DNA of 64,000 nt from Octopus bimaculoides (taxonomy: Eukaryota). Below, in pieces: positions 13,700 to 26,948 of the stretch. The DNA lies in NCBI RefSeq assembly GCF_001194135.2, contig NC_068998.1, forward strand, positions 21,781,395 to 21,845,394, written 5' to 3'. A model generated the notes under the pieces. It saw nothing but the letters and a program-made list of their open reading frames with translations. It had not been told where the DNA came from and did no database searches. Position numbers and translations under genes: made by a program. Position 1 is the first letter of the stretch. Each line of letters starts with the position of its first letter.

Positions 13700-13700
13700 T
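13420..13700. repeat. (CA)n/(CT)n/(TA)n microsatellites around assembly gap 13574-13662
   Basis: Direct reading. Confidence 0.95.
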
Positions 13701-14230
13701 AATGCAGTAGGATAAGTTGAGCGAAATTAGTAAATTCGCTCGGTGGCATAGAAACGCCGTGTAAAGAAAATACAGATGACTCAATAATTGATCAATAAAA
13801 TTTATTAATAAATGCACTAAAACAGTTCGTCCTATATCGAGATCTGAGAGAATATTCTCATACGATGACAGGTGCTATACAATTCCATTTCAAAGCAACG
13901 AACATTGCTGATAATGCGATAATCAAATCGTATTAATCAAAACAACTGGAAGAGGTGCTCGAGTGCAACAGTTGTCTAAGAGGCATATCGGGTTCGTTTC
14001 CCTAAAATTATGAATGTCTTTTAGCCGACACCAATCTTCTTTTATCAGCTACACACAACTATTAATTGACTATGTAGAGGATTTAGTTCAATATAGTTCT
14101 CCCTCAACCCTTCTCTTTGCCACACGCGCACACACGGACAGAAATCCACACATACTCACACAAACATTTATATGTATATGTGTGTGTGAGTGTGTGTGTG
14201 TATATATATATTTATATATATACATACATG

Positions 14231-14605
14231 TAGGCGTGGTTGTGTGGTAAGAAGCCTGCTTTCCAACAACATGATTTAGGATTCAGTCCCAGTGCGTGAC
14301 AAATTTGGGTAGTGGCTTCTACCATAGCCTCGGACTAACCAAGGACATTGAATATATCGGTGTGCGTGTGTGTTTGGGTGGTGTGGATGTTTGTGTTTGT
14401 TTGTTTCTGTGTTTGTTCCACAACACCTCCAATTCACAATTGACGTTGGTGTGTTTAAGTCTTCGTAACATGACGGTGCGGTGAAGCATAACGATAGTAT
14501 CAGGCTTAAAAAGTATATACTGGAGATTAATGCGTTCGACTAGTATATTTAAAGGTATTGTCCTTCCATGGCTTTCGCTTAATGACTGGAAGAAATAAAA
14601 GATAA
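14231..14605 (+). mobile_element. Family A SINE, diverged
   Basis: Head gtaggcgtggttgtgtggtaagaagcctgctttcc, internal (TG)-rich tract and 3' end aatgactggaagaaataaaag. Confidence 0.75.
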
Positions 14606-14736
14606 AAAATATATATACATATATATTATAGATAGATACATACATATATGCAACGAACTCTCGCGCACACTGATATTTAAGCATGCAACGTTTCCCGCAA
14701 CACCAACCTAAGAACTAATAAGCTATCACTGGGTAT

Positions 14737-15048
14737 GTTACAACGACCTGGGTTCTAGTTGATTCGATCAACAGAACTGCCTGCTCGTGAATTTAAAGTG
14801 CAACTGGCTGAGCACTTCACAGAGACTCGTAATCTTAATGTCGTTCTCAGTGGCATGCATCAGATCATAGAATGTGTTGAGGCTGGACCTTTTGAAATAC
14901 GGGTACTGCTCAATTTTGCCAGTTGAGTGGATTTAGGGCAACGCGAAATAAAGTGTCTTACTCAAAGACAAAACTCATGAACAGGAATCGAACTCAGAAT
15001 CTAACAATTGCGAACTGATTTCCATAAACAGCAAGCCACACGCCTTCA
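14737..15048 (-). mobile_element. tRNA-headed SINE (family C) sharing its 3' body with family B
   Basis: The minus-strand head has box B gagttcgattcc followed by gtctttgagtaagacactttatttc. The 3' body gtgctcagccagttgcac...cacgagcaggcagttctgttgatcgaatcaactagaaccc matches the family B body. Confidence 0.7.
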
Positions 15049-16120
15049 CCAAAGAGCATGATGTTGTATGTATGGAACACTGTAAATATGCAGTATAAAT
15101 GTCAGTGTATGAAAGCCTATTTTATATACATATTTTCCTTATTTATGTTATAAACTCGATGTATGAAATTATTCAATGTGTCATGAGAAAAGATTACATT
15201 TTAAGGGCTGAATTAACATTATAACTTACCCAGAACTTCGTCCGTATATTGTCAGATAATTTTGTCGGTGAATTCTTTGCTCTACTAATGCCACGGACAT
15301 AATAAACGATTTATACGCAAATGTGCACCACTTCACTCTCAGGCATATTAATATTAAATCACGCAGTACGTGTATAGCCCAATAGAAACATACGAGAGAA
15401 ATTTAATATTTATGCGCCTTAGAAAATAAAATAATTCTCGTTTAGAAACCTGGAATATATTTAGAGGAATTTAGATACTGCTAAATTGAAAACATCCATA
15501 TATGTATGCATATAAATAAATAGATTAATAAATATGTGTGTGAGTGTGTGTGTGCATGTATACATATGTATGTGTGAGTGTGTGTTCATATAATAATAAA
15601 TAAATAAATATATATATATATATTTATATATGTATCTATGTATATATATGTATATGTGTGTGCATATATATAATAAAGTATTCCTCTATTACACTTGACA
15701 GTAGTTGCATAACAGGAGTCAGATGAACATCAACTAGTTTAAAGTAGACGGTTTAAGTTAAAATATGAACAGGGTTAAATATATTGACTTAATATTACAT
15801 ACATATGTGAATACAAAAATGCAATTTTATATAGGCAGCTATTTGTGTGTACATTGAGAAAGATGAACATCTGCACATAAATATTCACCTTTAATCATAA
15901 AAACATAAAACCCCGAATAGGTATGTACCAATGGATGTATTTGTATGATTGTGAAATAATATGCAAAAATGGAATGTTTTGTATGTTTAGAATTGAAAGA
16001 GCATACGAGAATATTAAGGCAACAATTTGGTTTATGTACACGTTTACACCCTTGAAACACTTGGTCTTTCATAAACACGTATCTACATTTTATTTCTCTT
16101 TCTAGGCATTTAATTCCATG

Positions 16121-16123
16121 TCA

Positions 16124-16180
<57 letters not shown>

Positions 16181-16313
16181 GTCTGTCTCTATGTCTATCT
16201 GTCTCTATCTCTGTCTGTCTCTATGTCTGTCTGTCTCTATGTCTGTCTGTCTAGCTATCTATCTATCTGTCTGTCTGTATGTCTATCTATCTGTCTTCCT
16301 GTCTACCTACCTA
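16121..16313. repeat. (TCTA)n/(TCTG)n compound tetranucleotide repeat
   Basis: Direct reading. Confidence 0.95.
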
Positions 16314-16476
16314 TGTAATGGAGTTTTGGCTGTTATGATAATAGTACTTGTTAATCATAGGATTATTGGCGGTACTAGGTACATTTAACGATGTTTGTAT
16401 TATTATTATAGAATAGATCCAGTTTCTTATTGTTAGAAAAAGAGATTATCCTAGAGATTTGGAGAGACTGAAAATC

Positions 16477-16694
16477 TGTTATATCGCACGTTAGGATGGC
16501 GTGCCTTCGCCAACAACCTACCTCTACTCAACTACCGAACTCTCACTTCCGACAACTCGATTCAACAGAACTCGACGTCTACTCTACCGAGGGCTCCGGC
16601 TCACTCTACGCGACGCTTCTTTGTCTAGCTATCACGTCCACTATTTATACATATTGGACTAGCCTACTTATCGTCAGGGGGCGTCCACACAACA
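16477..16694 (-). mobile_element. Solo LTR (218 bp) with 5-bp TSD AAATC
   Basis: Begins TGTT and ends AACA, flanked by AAATC at 16472-16476 and 16695-16699. It is GC-richer than its flanks and has TATAAATA on the minus strand at 16642-16649. Confidence 0.7.
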
Positions 16695-16785
16695 AAATCC
16701 AAATCTAATGTTTATTATTAGATATTTTTGCATATTTGGAGTTAAAGAATTTTTTTTTACTAATTATCATTCTAATGGTTCTCAT

Positions 16786-17169
16786 GTGGAGACGCAATGG
16801 CCCAGTGGTTAGGGCAGCGAACTCGCAGTCATAGGATCGCGGTTTCGATTCTCAGACCGGGCGTTGTTAGTGTTTATTGAGCGAAAACACCTAAAGCTCC
16901 ACGCGGCTCCGGCAGGGGATGGTGCGAACCCTTCTGTACTATTTCACCACAACATTCTCTCACTCGTACTTCCTGTTTCTGTTGTGCTTGTAATTCAAAG
17001 GGTCAGCCTTGTCACACTGTGTCACGCTGAATATCTCCGAGAACTACGTTAAGGGTACACGTGTCTGTGGAGTGCTCAGCCACTTGTACGTTAATTTCAC
17101 GAGCAGGCTGTTCCGTTTATCGGATCAACTGGAACCCTTGACGTCGTAAGCGACGGAGTGCCAACACAC
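16786..17169 (+). mobile_element. tRNA-derived SINE (family B), full length, with 12-bp TSD AATGGTTCTCAT
   Basis: Box A tggcccagtgg and box B-like ggtttcgattc. TSD at 16774-16785 and 17170-17181. Closely similar to the copy at 52807-53191. Confidence 0.9.
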
Positions 17170-17479
17170 AATGGTTCTCATAAAGCTAAATTTTAGATGT
17201 ATGATCCAAGTTGTGTTATTATTGCTTTCTTTATCGGAATGATGGGTTGTGTTTGAGGGGATCAGCTATTCTCACCCATGGTGTTGGTTTCTTTTTTGCT
17301 ATTCTATATCTATCTATATTAAATTGAGTTCTATGGTTATATATTACTGGAGGGTTTAGGTGAGATTAATACTAACATTAGTAAACCCAAGAATACTGAC
17401 AACAAACACCAAAATACTTAACTAAAGATAAAAATAGGAAAATTAAACCAATAAACAGAAAAAAAAATCTAATCTCAGC

Positions 17480-18360
17480 AAAAATATTTCGTTCCACATA
17501 GAATCATCTGTGCCTGGTGCAGAAGTTTGGGCCTGGAATTTTACATTAACACCTTCGTGGGTGATATAAGTTAGACATGGCTATTTCTTCCGAAGCTTAA
17601 ATCAAACAGTGTAGTAATCTGGAATGTTGAATTGAAGGAATCCAGTTACTTCTTTACACTGTTTATTACTGATCTTGCGGCTAATGTCTAATAAATCGTT
17701 TCAATGTGATAAAGCAGACGTACCTTCATATATGGGATAATACTGTCTAGGACGTATGTGATAATGACCCGATGTCGGATTTTGTGGGGTTACACTTCCC
17801 ATAGATCTTTTAGTGACGTAAGGTTGTTCGGACAATAGAGATTCCAAAGTAGCGTGGAGTTCCTTCCATTACTATAGCTGAGGATACTTAGCTAGGTAAG
17901 GATCTCGGCACTAGTCTAGTCATACAGAATTTCTTAGGATAGGAAAAACAGGGACGTGAATTGATTTATAATTTTTTTGCAAATATTCACTTGCATTGAT
18001 ACTTCTCGGGATATTAGATTAGATGGATTTAACAGAGTTACTCAATTTATTATTTATCAATAAGTTCAAATGATAAAGTTTGAATGATTGCAGTCGCCTG
18101 TTGCCGTGTAGGTTTTTGTTAAGATTTTAAACTGTAGTAAGCTTGGTAGACGAATCATCATGTAATATCTCTTCACAGTTCTAACAACATGCGATTGGTT
18201 TAAATTAATTGTACGTCGATTATAGTTGACAATTCACTTAAATATTGTTCCTTCCTATGGCTGTGGATTTTAAGTAGTTGTCGAGGAGCTGCATATCATT
18301 AGTGATTCTGCAACATTCAAGAGCATTGAGTAGTAACATAAATTTTCTCATCCACCTCAG
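17480..18360 (-). mobile_element. Possible very degenerate non-LTR (L1/Tx1-like) ORF2 C-terminal remnant
   Basis: Coding-like composition with many stops and only a loose resemblance to L1-clade C-terminal regions; no diagnostic motif. Confidence 0.2.
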
Positions 18361-20615
18361 GTGTCTACAAATCATAAAAATGATACTTTATCCCGTTACT
18401 TACATCTTACAATTAGTTTCTTGCAGGTGACACAACTGTGTTTCTAGAAACATCAGATTTTTTGGTGTAGCACCTACCTACTCTTTTATTCAGGAAAATT
18501 TATATTCATATTATACTGAAGTATTAATTAGTTATTTTATAAATTTCCATGAAAGATTCCAAACTTACAATGAGCAAAGTGCTGCAATATTTTTATTTTT
18601 CAAAGCATTATAATGGACATATTTCAGCATATTTATTTATAATTCAAACTATATATCTTGAACTTTTAGCCTATATATCAATTATATTGTATAACGATGG
18701 AAATATATTGTGTTCAAGTATACGAACGGTACACATGTTAAATTCCACCGTGACTATATCATACTGCTTCCTACATTATATGCTGTAATCAGTTGACAAT
18801 AATGTTACGTATTATGAATTTTCTATCACGATATTATGAATAGTTTCAGAAATTTATGTATCGTTCGGCAGATATGTATTTTTGAATATACATGTTAGAC
18901 ACGAAGTATAGCGTGCATTCTCGGTTAAGGAAAAAATTAAGCTCCCACACACAGACAAACACACACCTGTTTAGTGAAACATGTTTAGTGATGCAGATAG
19001 GGAAAATACAACTAAAAACATGAATATACATAATATTATAAATATTTAGCAGAAGCAACAGTGACTCAAGAGGGAAGAGTTCTGTATGTTAATACCTATC
19101 AAACCCAGATATATGTATGTGTGTTTTTGTGAGTGTGTGTGTGTGTACATACGCACATACACACACGCACACACATGATTCATTCGTTAACTATTTCGCT
19201 TTGTGATAATCCAACCAAATCACGCTGCACGGCATCTTAGAGGAGATTATTGAAGTCTTAGTTCATCTCGTGTTTTTGAATATAATTGTTTCTTTATACA
19301 CAAAATCAGGGAGACGGTCTTTTTCTTGGGTCTTTTCTTCGGACACATTTTGCGTCTGGAGTTACACTACCTATGCATAGAAACACACCCTCTGCTTTAT
19401 TATAGGCTTGCAGCTGTTTCAGGTATGTGTGTGGTTGAGTTCAAGCTTCAACTTTATCAAGCAAGCAGTTGATCGACTGAAAATATAGGGAACGATCATC
19501 AGAATATTTTCGACAGAGCCAAACCAAATCATTTGCTAAAAGAAAAGAAAGAGAAAGGATTTAGTTAGAGTGGCATGTACACAGAAATTGGTCGCCTGTT
19601 TAAAAGTAAATCTTGCTAATTTTTAATTTAGTGTCTCTCATTTCCCTGACTAATAACTATTTTATTTGAGTTATAATTTTTAATATAAACTTAGAATTTT
19701 AACCTTTCCCAACCCACTGATAGTATTCCTACATTTTCTCTAGGTAATTCTGAGTCACTTCTACCTATTACTTTTTCGAAAACCTTAGCTTTAATTCTCT
19801 TAATTTAGTCCTGTGTTTCTAACTTTATTCCTCTCCCTTTTTTCCTCTTCCTTCTTCCCCCCTTTCTTTCTGTTCAGGTTTTGGCCATTAATATTATGGT
19901 TTTACTCATAAATAATACAACCCCACATTAATGTATATCTTATTTTAACTAAATATGTTTATCTTGTTCTAATTATTATTGTTCCCTATAGTTTTAAACT
20001 TAGTAATTTAGTGTTTCATTGTATTATTCTAATTATACTGTAGAGTAGATATATTTCTTTAATACCTTGACCTTAATTCCCTTACCTTAAATTTTGTCCA
20101 AATTCTTACCACTCCTTAGGGTATTGTCCTTCCATTTCCTTTTTTTCCCTCATGCTTGATTTACCCCTAACCTGCTGTCCATCACTACTTAATCTATCTT
20201 TCTCTACATTTGAAATTACTACTATCCCTCCAATTAGATTTTAAATTCTTGTTTGATTCACCAGTCTGTTAAACAGCAGCATAGTCGAGATGGTATGTTT
20301 TCTTCTCTTACTCTTGTTTTTTGCAAACATCTTCAAAATGACTTTCTAAAATGAAATTCCATTATGCAGCTGAGGAGTACATTTTCATTGTAAATTCTAT
20401 GTGGTGTTCTCACTACATGAATAAATGGAGCTTGTACGAAACCTACGTAGTGCTATAACCTATTGAATTTTTGTTGCTTATCTTCAAATATATATATATA
20501 TATATATAACCACGGTAACTGTAGTGTATTTGCATTGTAGCAGTTGAAATGAGTCACGAACGTATTTTAACTGACCTAAATTTTGACTTAAATTTTGTTC
20601 ATGCCTAAACATAAG

Positions 20616-20756
<141 letters not shown>

Positions 20757-21164
20757 GTGTGTGAATATGTATAGAAAGTGTTCTAAAAAAGTTTATTGAA
20801 GTGGACAATTGATTTTTGCCGTAGATAAATGATATAAATATTTATGCAACATTATCAGGTCGAAAAAAATTCCCAATGAATCGAAATTTTTTTCTTCATA
20901 TTTAATATTCAACGATTTTCGAAGAATTTCCAGAATATATGACACACTTTGACAGAGAATCATATCATGCTATAATACGTGTAGAGTCGTTTATATATAG
21001 TTTCAATGCCTCCCCCAATTTTCAGAGACAGGGAATGCTTGACTTCCTCCTTCTGCTTTGTCCCCTGTCTCCGTCCCACCACCACCATCTATCCCAGTAA
21101 TACCATCAACTGAGGCAACTTTGGCACCCGAAGGCAAGTTTTGAAAGAGGAATATAGAGGCCTA

Positions 21165-21241
21165 CCTGCCCCCGCAGAGACCTCCTCTACCTCCACCTGC
21201 CCCCGCAGAGACCTCCTCTACCTCCGCCTGACCCCGCAGAG
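21165..21241. repeat. 31-bp GC-rich minisatellite, ~2.5 copies
   Basis: Unit cctgcccccgcagagacctcctctacctcca at 21165-21195 and 21196-21226, with a partial copy at 21227-21241. Confidence 0.9.
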
Positions 21242-21528
21242 GGAGTAAGAGGAGGTTGGACTGAATAATAGTGTCGAATGTAGTAACTTTTGCAACCTGG
21301 GCCTCCTACACCGAATGTCAGTCAGATCTCTCCTTTCGAATACATGAAAAGTTTCGAAACATTGTTTACAAAATTATAGCTGATCATTTGCGAAGGAGCG
21401 TGTCCACAGTCAACACTTAGGATTTTTACACTGGTAACTTTTCCTACTATGTATGCTACTACTATGTTTTACAGTGAATGATCTGCTCGCATTATATTGC
21501 TCATTTATTATTTTATTCCTGTCAGATC

Positions 21529-22015
21529 ATGATACCAAAACGGAAGTCGTCAATTGGGAGAAAAACAAGAAATGCTGCTTCTACCAGTAGGACTCGGTCG
21601 GACGAAGCGTAGAGACAAGCCGAACAAGAAAGCGATACAGAAGCACGGACTGCAAAGCGCCAAAATAGAAATACCTCAGCACGTCGATCACGTAGGCTAA
21701 ATCCGGCTATCAGAGATGCAGAACTAGAGAACAATACCGTAGCACGCCGATCAATTGCGATTCAAAAATGATGATTTACAAAATATTTCCCTCGCAGATA
21801 GTGAAAGCGATAAAATGATCACAGATTATAACTTACTTACAGTGCAAGATGATTTTGACGAAAATAAGATCCCGGTCTCACAGCTGTGGCAGTTTTGGAG
21901 ATTATGTATGCCTGCATTGCAAAGCGAAATACTAGCCTGCTGAACTAATTTCCCAATGCTGTGAAAAAAGGGAAAGTTAAAGTTGAGCCTATTCCGAATT
22001 TATCAGATGATATTT
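21529..22015 (+). mobile_element. Helitron Rep/helicase N-terminal remnant (pseudogenised)
   Basis: Starts MIPKRKSSIGRKTRNA, continues through an Arg/Ala-rich helical region, then reads CLHCKAKY*PAELISQCCE-KGKVKVEPIP, matching the CxxC...CC..GKV zinc-binding motif at the N-terminus of animal Helitron RepHel proteins. Confidence 0.7.
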
Positions 22016-22244
22016 TGAAACAGGAGTCACACAGGAGAGCTAGGAAGAAGAGGAGATAGGAGTGAGGAGAAAAAATTCAAGTGGTGTGAGGAGAAAAAAT
22101 ATAAGAGGTGGAAGGAGAAGAAAAATAAACACAAGTTGGCAAGGTAACTAGTGCGGAATGAGAGAAACGACAATAGGAAAAAAGCAGAAAGTATAAAAAA
22201 GTTTAGAAAATTTCAAAAGGTTCTTTAATTTTCGCGTACTAACT

Positions 22245-22368
22245 CCACTCACAAAAGTTTGGTCGACCCGAGGTTATAGTAGAATACATCTCCCGAACGT
22301 ATAAAGTAATGGGACTGAACCGGGAAACATGTAATTGAGAAGCAAACTTCTTGTCCCACAGCCACGCC
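22245..22368 (-). mobile_element. Family A SINE 5' fragment
   Basis: Reverse complement reads ggcgtggctgtgggacaagaagtttgcttctc...ggttcagtccc...cctcgggtcgaccaaac. Confidence 0.7.
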
Positions 22369-22931
22369 AAACAAAATTTAACAAAATGTTAGACGTAAGT
22401 CAAAAACCAGTTAAGAATACGGTTTACCAAGGATATTTGCAAAATAAGCGCACCGCAGTTAAGAAGATACAACAGTTGGGTTAATTATATAACATTTAGT
22501 TAACGTAATGTAGTGGATAACTTAACGGAAAATAATTTTTTTCTTCCATTTAACGAAAATATATGAGAATAGAGATAAATATTCGTGTGTCAGATGGTAT
22601 TATTTTCGTTTAACTAACAATTTCTTATTAATTTTATTGCCGAAAAACATAACTTCCTTTGGAAATTCTTCCCTTAACTTTACAAATAAATTGGCGGCAT
22701 TTTGCAAAACCAAACTCAGTGTTCTGAATATGTTTCAAGTGCTCGAAAGTATAAACACTTTATTTCATTTTCTGTTCAATTTGTTTCTTAATTTTCTGAA
22801 ATCATCTCGTCCTAGTTCTTGGAAATCGTTAAGTATTACAACTGAGGAACTATATTTTTTCTTCAACAAATGGGTAAATACAATGTTACAATGAATTTCG
22901 TAGAAACGTCATTCAGTTCATTAACATATGC

Positions 22932-22971
<40 letters not shown>

Positions 22972-22974
22972 GTA

Positions 22975-23855
22975 CAAACTGGGTGCGATGGGTAAATTGT
23001 CGACTTTTAATATTTTTAATTTTGCGCTTGTACATTGTTTTTTTCTTATTTTGCCCACTACATACTAAAGTGGGGTCTATTGTGCACCGTCTGGGAGCAA
23101 GATAACACCTGACGCAATTCAATCTGCTAGGAAAATGGAAAAAAAACATGCTATACTCCTTAGCATTCGCACCGGAAGCTCCAACATGAATATTTCAGTG
23201 TTTGGGTTTCAATTTGACGACAGTGCAGAAGATTCGTAGATGAGTCTAACGGTAATTAAGAAGGTACGGCATCTCGGAAAACTCACTCTGATCGTTCTGG
23301 AGAGAAAAGAAATCCACACGCTCTCAACTCAACACGGAGGCCTACATCAAAAGCCTGCAGACGGTAGTAGTGCCCTCAGTGAAGAGGATGGCTACTGAAA
23401 GACCCCTATGTCAGGCAGCAGGAATCTGCACCATGCCACACAAGCACGAGAATCAAGTCATGACTGTCAGCAATTTCTGCAACCGCATCATCCCTAACAT
23501 CTGGCCACCTAGCTCCCTAGATTACAACCCCTTTGATTTTTATGTGTTTATGTGTGGGGCGCAGTTGAGATAGAGACTAAAAAAAACTCTTTGTAACAAC
23601 AAAATGAACTGACAGGAAGGTTTATAGCAGCATTCACGAACTGAAACAAAGACACCGCCCAGCAGAGTTGCAGGAGGTTCGGACGTCACCTGGAGGCTGT
23701 GGCTGAAGACACTGTCAATTTTATTAAATATATTTATTCTTTAGCATTTCAAGATATTTTTATGTTATTTTGGTAAATACATCAGTTAAAATGAGATGTC
23801 GGTGTTATTTTCATTTTTGAGTAATTTAGATGACAATTTATTCACCGCACATTGC

Positions 23856-23856
<1 letters not shown>
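22975..23856 (+). mobile_element. Internally deleted Tc1/mariner-superfamily element, maT/DD37D-like
   Basis: Imperfect TIRs (gtgcgatgggtaaattgtc / gacaatttattcaccgcac) in TA-rich context. Peptide remnants LNTEAYIK, RQQESAPCHTS and WPPSSLDYNPFDFY resemble the QQDSAPxH and WPPxSPDxNPLDY motifs. Confidence 0.75.
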
Positions 23857-23890
<34 letters not shown>

Positions 23891-24185
23891 CTCTGGATGT
23901 ATATACGTTTGTGATTATACTTAAACCGGTGAGTGCGTGTTAAGTTTCTGAAATTTGAAAAAATGCGCTCTTCTAATGCACATAGTTTTTATTGGATGTT
24001 CGTTTTACGTCTTAATTTTCGTTATTTCTTTCAACTTTTCAAAAAATTTCTATGTATCTAAATTTATTCCTTGTTTATATATTTGTTGATGTTTTTATTA
24101 TATTTTACATTTCTACTTCCAGTTGCGTGGATCTTTCTAAAGAATTTCAACATGCGGCAACTTCAAAGCGTTGAAAAGAGAAAAT

Positions 24186-24398
<213 letters not shown>

Positions 24399-25354
24399 TT
24401 TAATACATAAATCTTGAATTCCTTCAACTAGTATAATCATATAAATCTGAAATTCCTGAAAGCTTGAGAGCAGTTTGAATAACAACAATGAAATGTGTTG
24501 AGCACACGAGATAGAAGGTTAATTAAAATATCCACTATTGTAAGAAAGAAGGCTACAGTTTTTTCAAAGTATTTTACAAAACCCGGGGGAAGAAACGAAT
24601 GCAATCCTATTAAAAGGTCCTTAAATACCGCAGAATTTGTAGAAGCGTTGTCTTTCTCTAAAAAACACAATTATTCCGAATATAATTTGCTTAGAAAATC
24701 CAATTCTTCAAACTACAACAATTCCCCCATTCCTATCAGTTGTTTTCCTCGCATAACAACCATTTTTTCTCCATATTAACCAAGTTACAGTAATATCACT
24801 GAGATGACACGATGTTACCGGGAATAAAAATTTTCCACCAACAGTGTTTTTTCTGTGTTCTCTCTGCCTACGAGATATAATAGCCAAATATAATTGAATA
24901 AAAATCCTACAATTTTAAAAGATATAAAATATTGGTTTGTAGCCCAACTTACTTCTAATGATAGATGTTCAGATGTGACCGAAACATCGGACCATGGGTC
25001 AATACATGAAAGTTGTCATGGTGTTAAACTGCAAAATGTAAATTAATGATAATCATATGCAAAAGTATAGTATTCTTAGTTTACTAAGTTTTAGAATTAT
25101 TCAAATTAATATAATCTAATCAGAATATTTCTGACACCTCAAATTACACTTTGAACAAATAGATTTCAGTGATAATTTCTTCCTTCAATTCTTCGCCATT
25201 TTTTTCTTTTGGAAAAATATTATGTCTTATCTTAAGATAGGTGTTATCATTTGCTAATAAAATCTCCATATATGTTATCGCTAGAGACCTTTTGATGAAT
25301 GACAGATAATGGAAACTGATTTAATATATGTGCATCTATATCAGAATGTCTTGC

Positions 25355-25492
25355 TATATATANNNNNNNNNNNNNNNNNNNNNNNNNNNNNNNNNNNNNN
25401 NNNNNNNNNNNNNNNNNNNNNNNNNNNNNNNNNNNNNNNNNNNNNNNNNNNNNNNNNNNNNNNNNNNNNNNNNNNNNNNNNNNNNNNNNNNN

Positions 25493-25520
<28 letters not shown>
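25355..25520. repeat. (TA)n around assembly gap 25363-25492
   Basis: Direct reading. Confidence 0.95.
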
Positions 25521-25527
<7 letters not shown>

Positions 25528-25879
25528 CGGAGTAAGCACATATATGTGCAACAAGGTGGAAAAAAGAGTACTCAAATACCAGAGGTAGAGTAATATGCTT
25601 TATTTTTATTTAAAAGCAGCAGAAATATAACAAAAAGCTGTAACAGTTTTTGTTATATGTCTGCTGCTTTTAAATAATATATATATATAACTATGTGTCT
25701 GTGTGAGTGTGTTTTGTGTATACATATATTCATACATGTATTCATACATACATATATACATGCATGCATACATACACACAAGCATACACATGTACGTTTG
25801 GATTTACGAAATAATAACTAATAAAAATCATTCAAATGGACCAACCCAGTGCTCAAAAATCTTAACCACAATAGTATCG

Positions 25880-26260
25880 TAAATGGTGTATATACAGCTG
25901 TTACCCTAAATATGAACTGTGTCTTGTATACTAAGAAGGAACTCTTCATTAATTCTGTTGATTATAAAGATCAAAGTACTTATTTGTCACATGTCTTTCT
26001 AGATATTCCACTGGCATAAATTGCATCCATTTTGTGTGCTCTGTACATAGGATACAACATGAGTTGTTATTGTTCATCTCAAATCAAGTAGCTCTAGGAT
26101 TGAAGATGTTCTAGTATTGACTGTTCCATCTTTTTGTCCGGAAAGCTTCATCAAAATTGTGTGTTTCTGTTTTAAAGATATTTAGGTCAAATTTGTGGGA
26201 GATTAAGTGCTAGTTTTGGCTGGTCAGATAGGCATGTAACAAGCAGGAGTAACTACTCTG
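25880..26260 (-). mobile_element. Possible APE-endonuclease remnant of an L1/Tx1-type LINE
   Basis: Hand translation KFDLNIFKTETHNFDEAFRTKRWNSQY*NIFNP...NNNSCCIL loosely resembles the DI..LQETH...W...F.....GV.IL N-terminal APE block. Confidence 0.3.
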
Positions 26261-26734
26261 TTGAGTTTGAATGTGCATTGCAAGAAGATTGAATGCCCAC
26301 CGAAGAAATATGGCATTCTATAATTTCACAGTAGCTATGTGCCTGTAAACACCGACACAAAAACAGAATTTGTTAGAAGTACACCTTTAAGGTCATCACT
26401 GCTTAGAATATATGGCGACCATGTTGTTGGCTACGAATCAGAACGATAGATTTTATGGACTGAGGGAGAAATTTTAGTGTGGCTGTGTGGGATGGGTAGA
26501 ATTACTTTAGAATCGCAATTATTAACTTATGGTTGGTCCCAGTTCAGTAAGATGCGGATGAAGTGAATGATGATAATAAAAGTGTTGATGTTTACCGGAT
26601 GTTCTTCAGATAAGTATGAACTAAAAACTTGTCAAGATAAATTAAAATGTTGAGATTTGAGTAAAAGATGAGAGGATACATGTTGGGATAAGAAGCACTA
26701 AGTCTAACTGATGTATAGGTGGATAAGTAACAAT

Positions 26735-26948
26735 GGTTTAACATTTTGGCACAAGGCAAGCACTTTTGTGGGAGGGGAAAGTCGATTACATTAACCCATA
26801 TGCTCAACTGGCACTTATTTTATCGACCCTGAAAGAATGAAGGTAAAGTTGACCCCGGTGTCTTTTTGAACTCAGAACGTAAAATTGATAGAATTACAGC
26901 TAAACATTTTTCCCGGCGTGTTTAAAGATTCTAACAGCTCGCCGCCTT
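26735..26948 (-). mobile_element. Family N (Nin-like) SINE
   Basis: Head aaggcggcgagctg..., core tcaactttaccttcattctttcagggtcgataaaataagtgccag, tail gccttgtgccaaaatgtt. Confidence 0.75.

Noticed and set aside
16786-16862. tRNA-like sequences (also at 53115-53191, 42154-42227, about 60-90, and the family A/N heads)
   Set aside because: They are SINE heads followed by SINE bodies and TSDs, with incomplete cloverleafs; not tRNA genes.
19405-19424. GAAACAGCTGCAAGCC on the minus strand, similar to the 3' half of the 33599 hammerhead
   Set aside because: The triplet is GCA and the 5' core is not recoverable; at most a relic.
19620-20270. Strongly strand-skewed pyrimidine-rich segment
   Set aside because: Probably an old repeat UTR, but it has no motif, termini or ORF to support a call.
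24495-24779. 94-aa non-repetitive ORF
   Set aside because: Starts at TTG, has no recognisable domain or splice context, and its length is within chance expectation.
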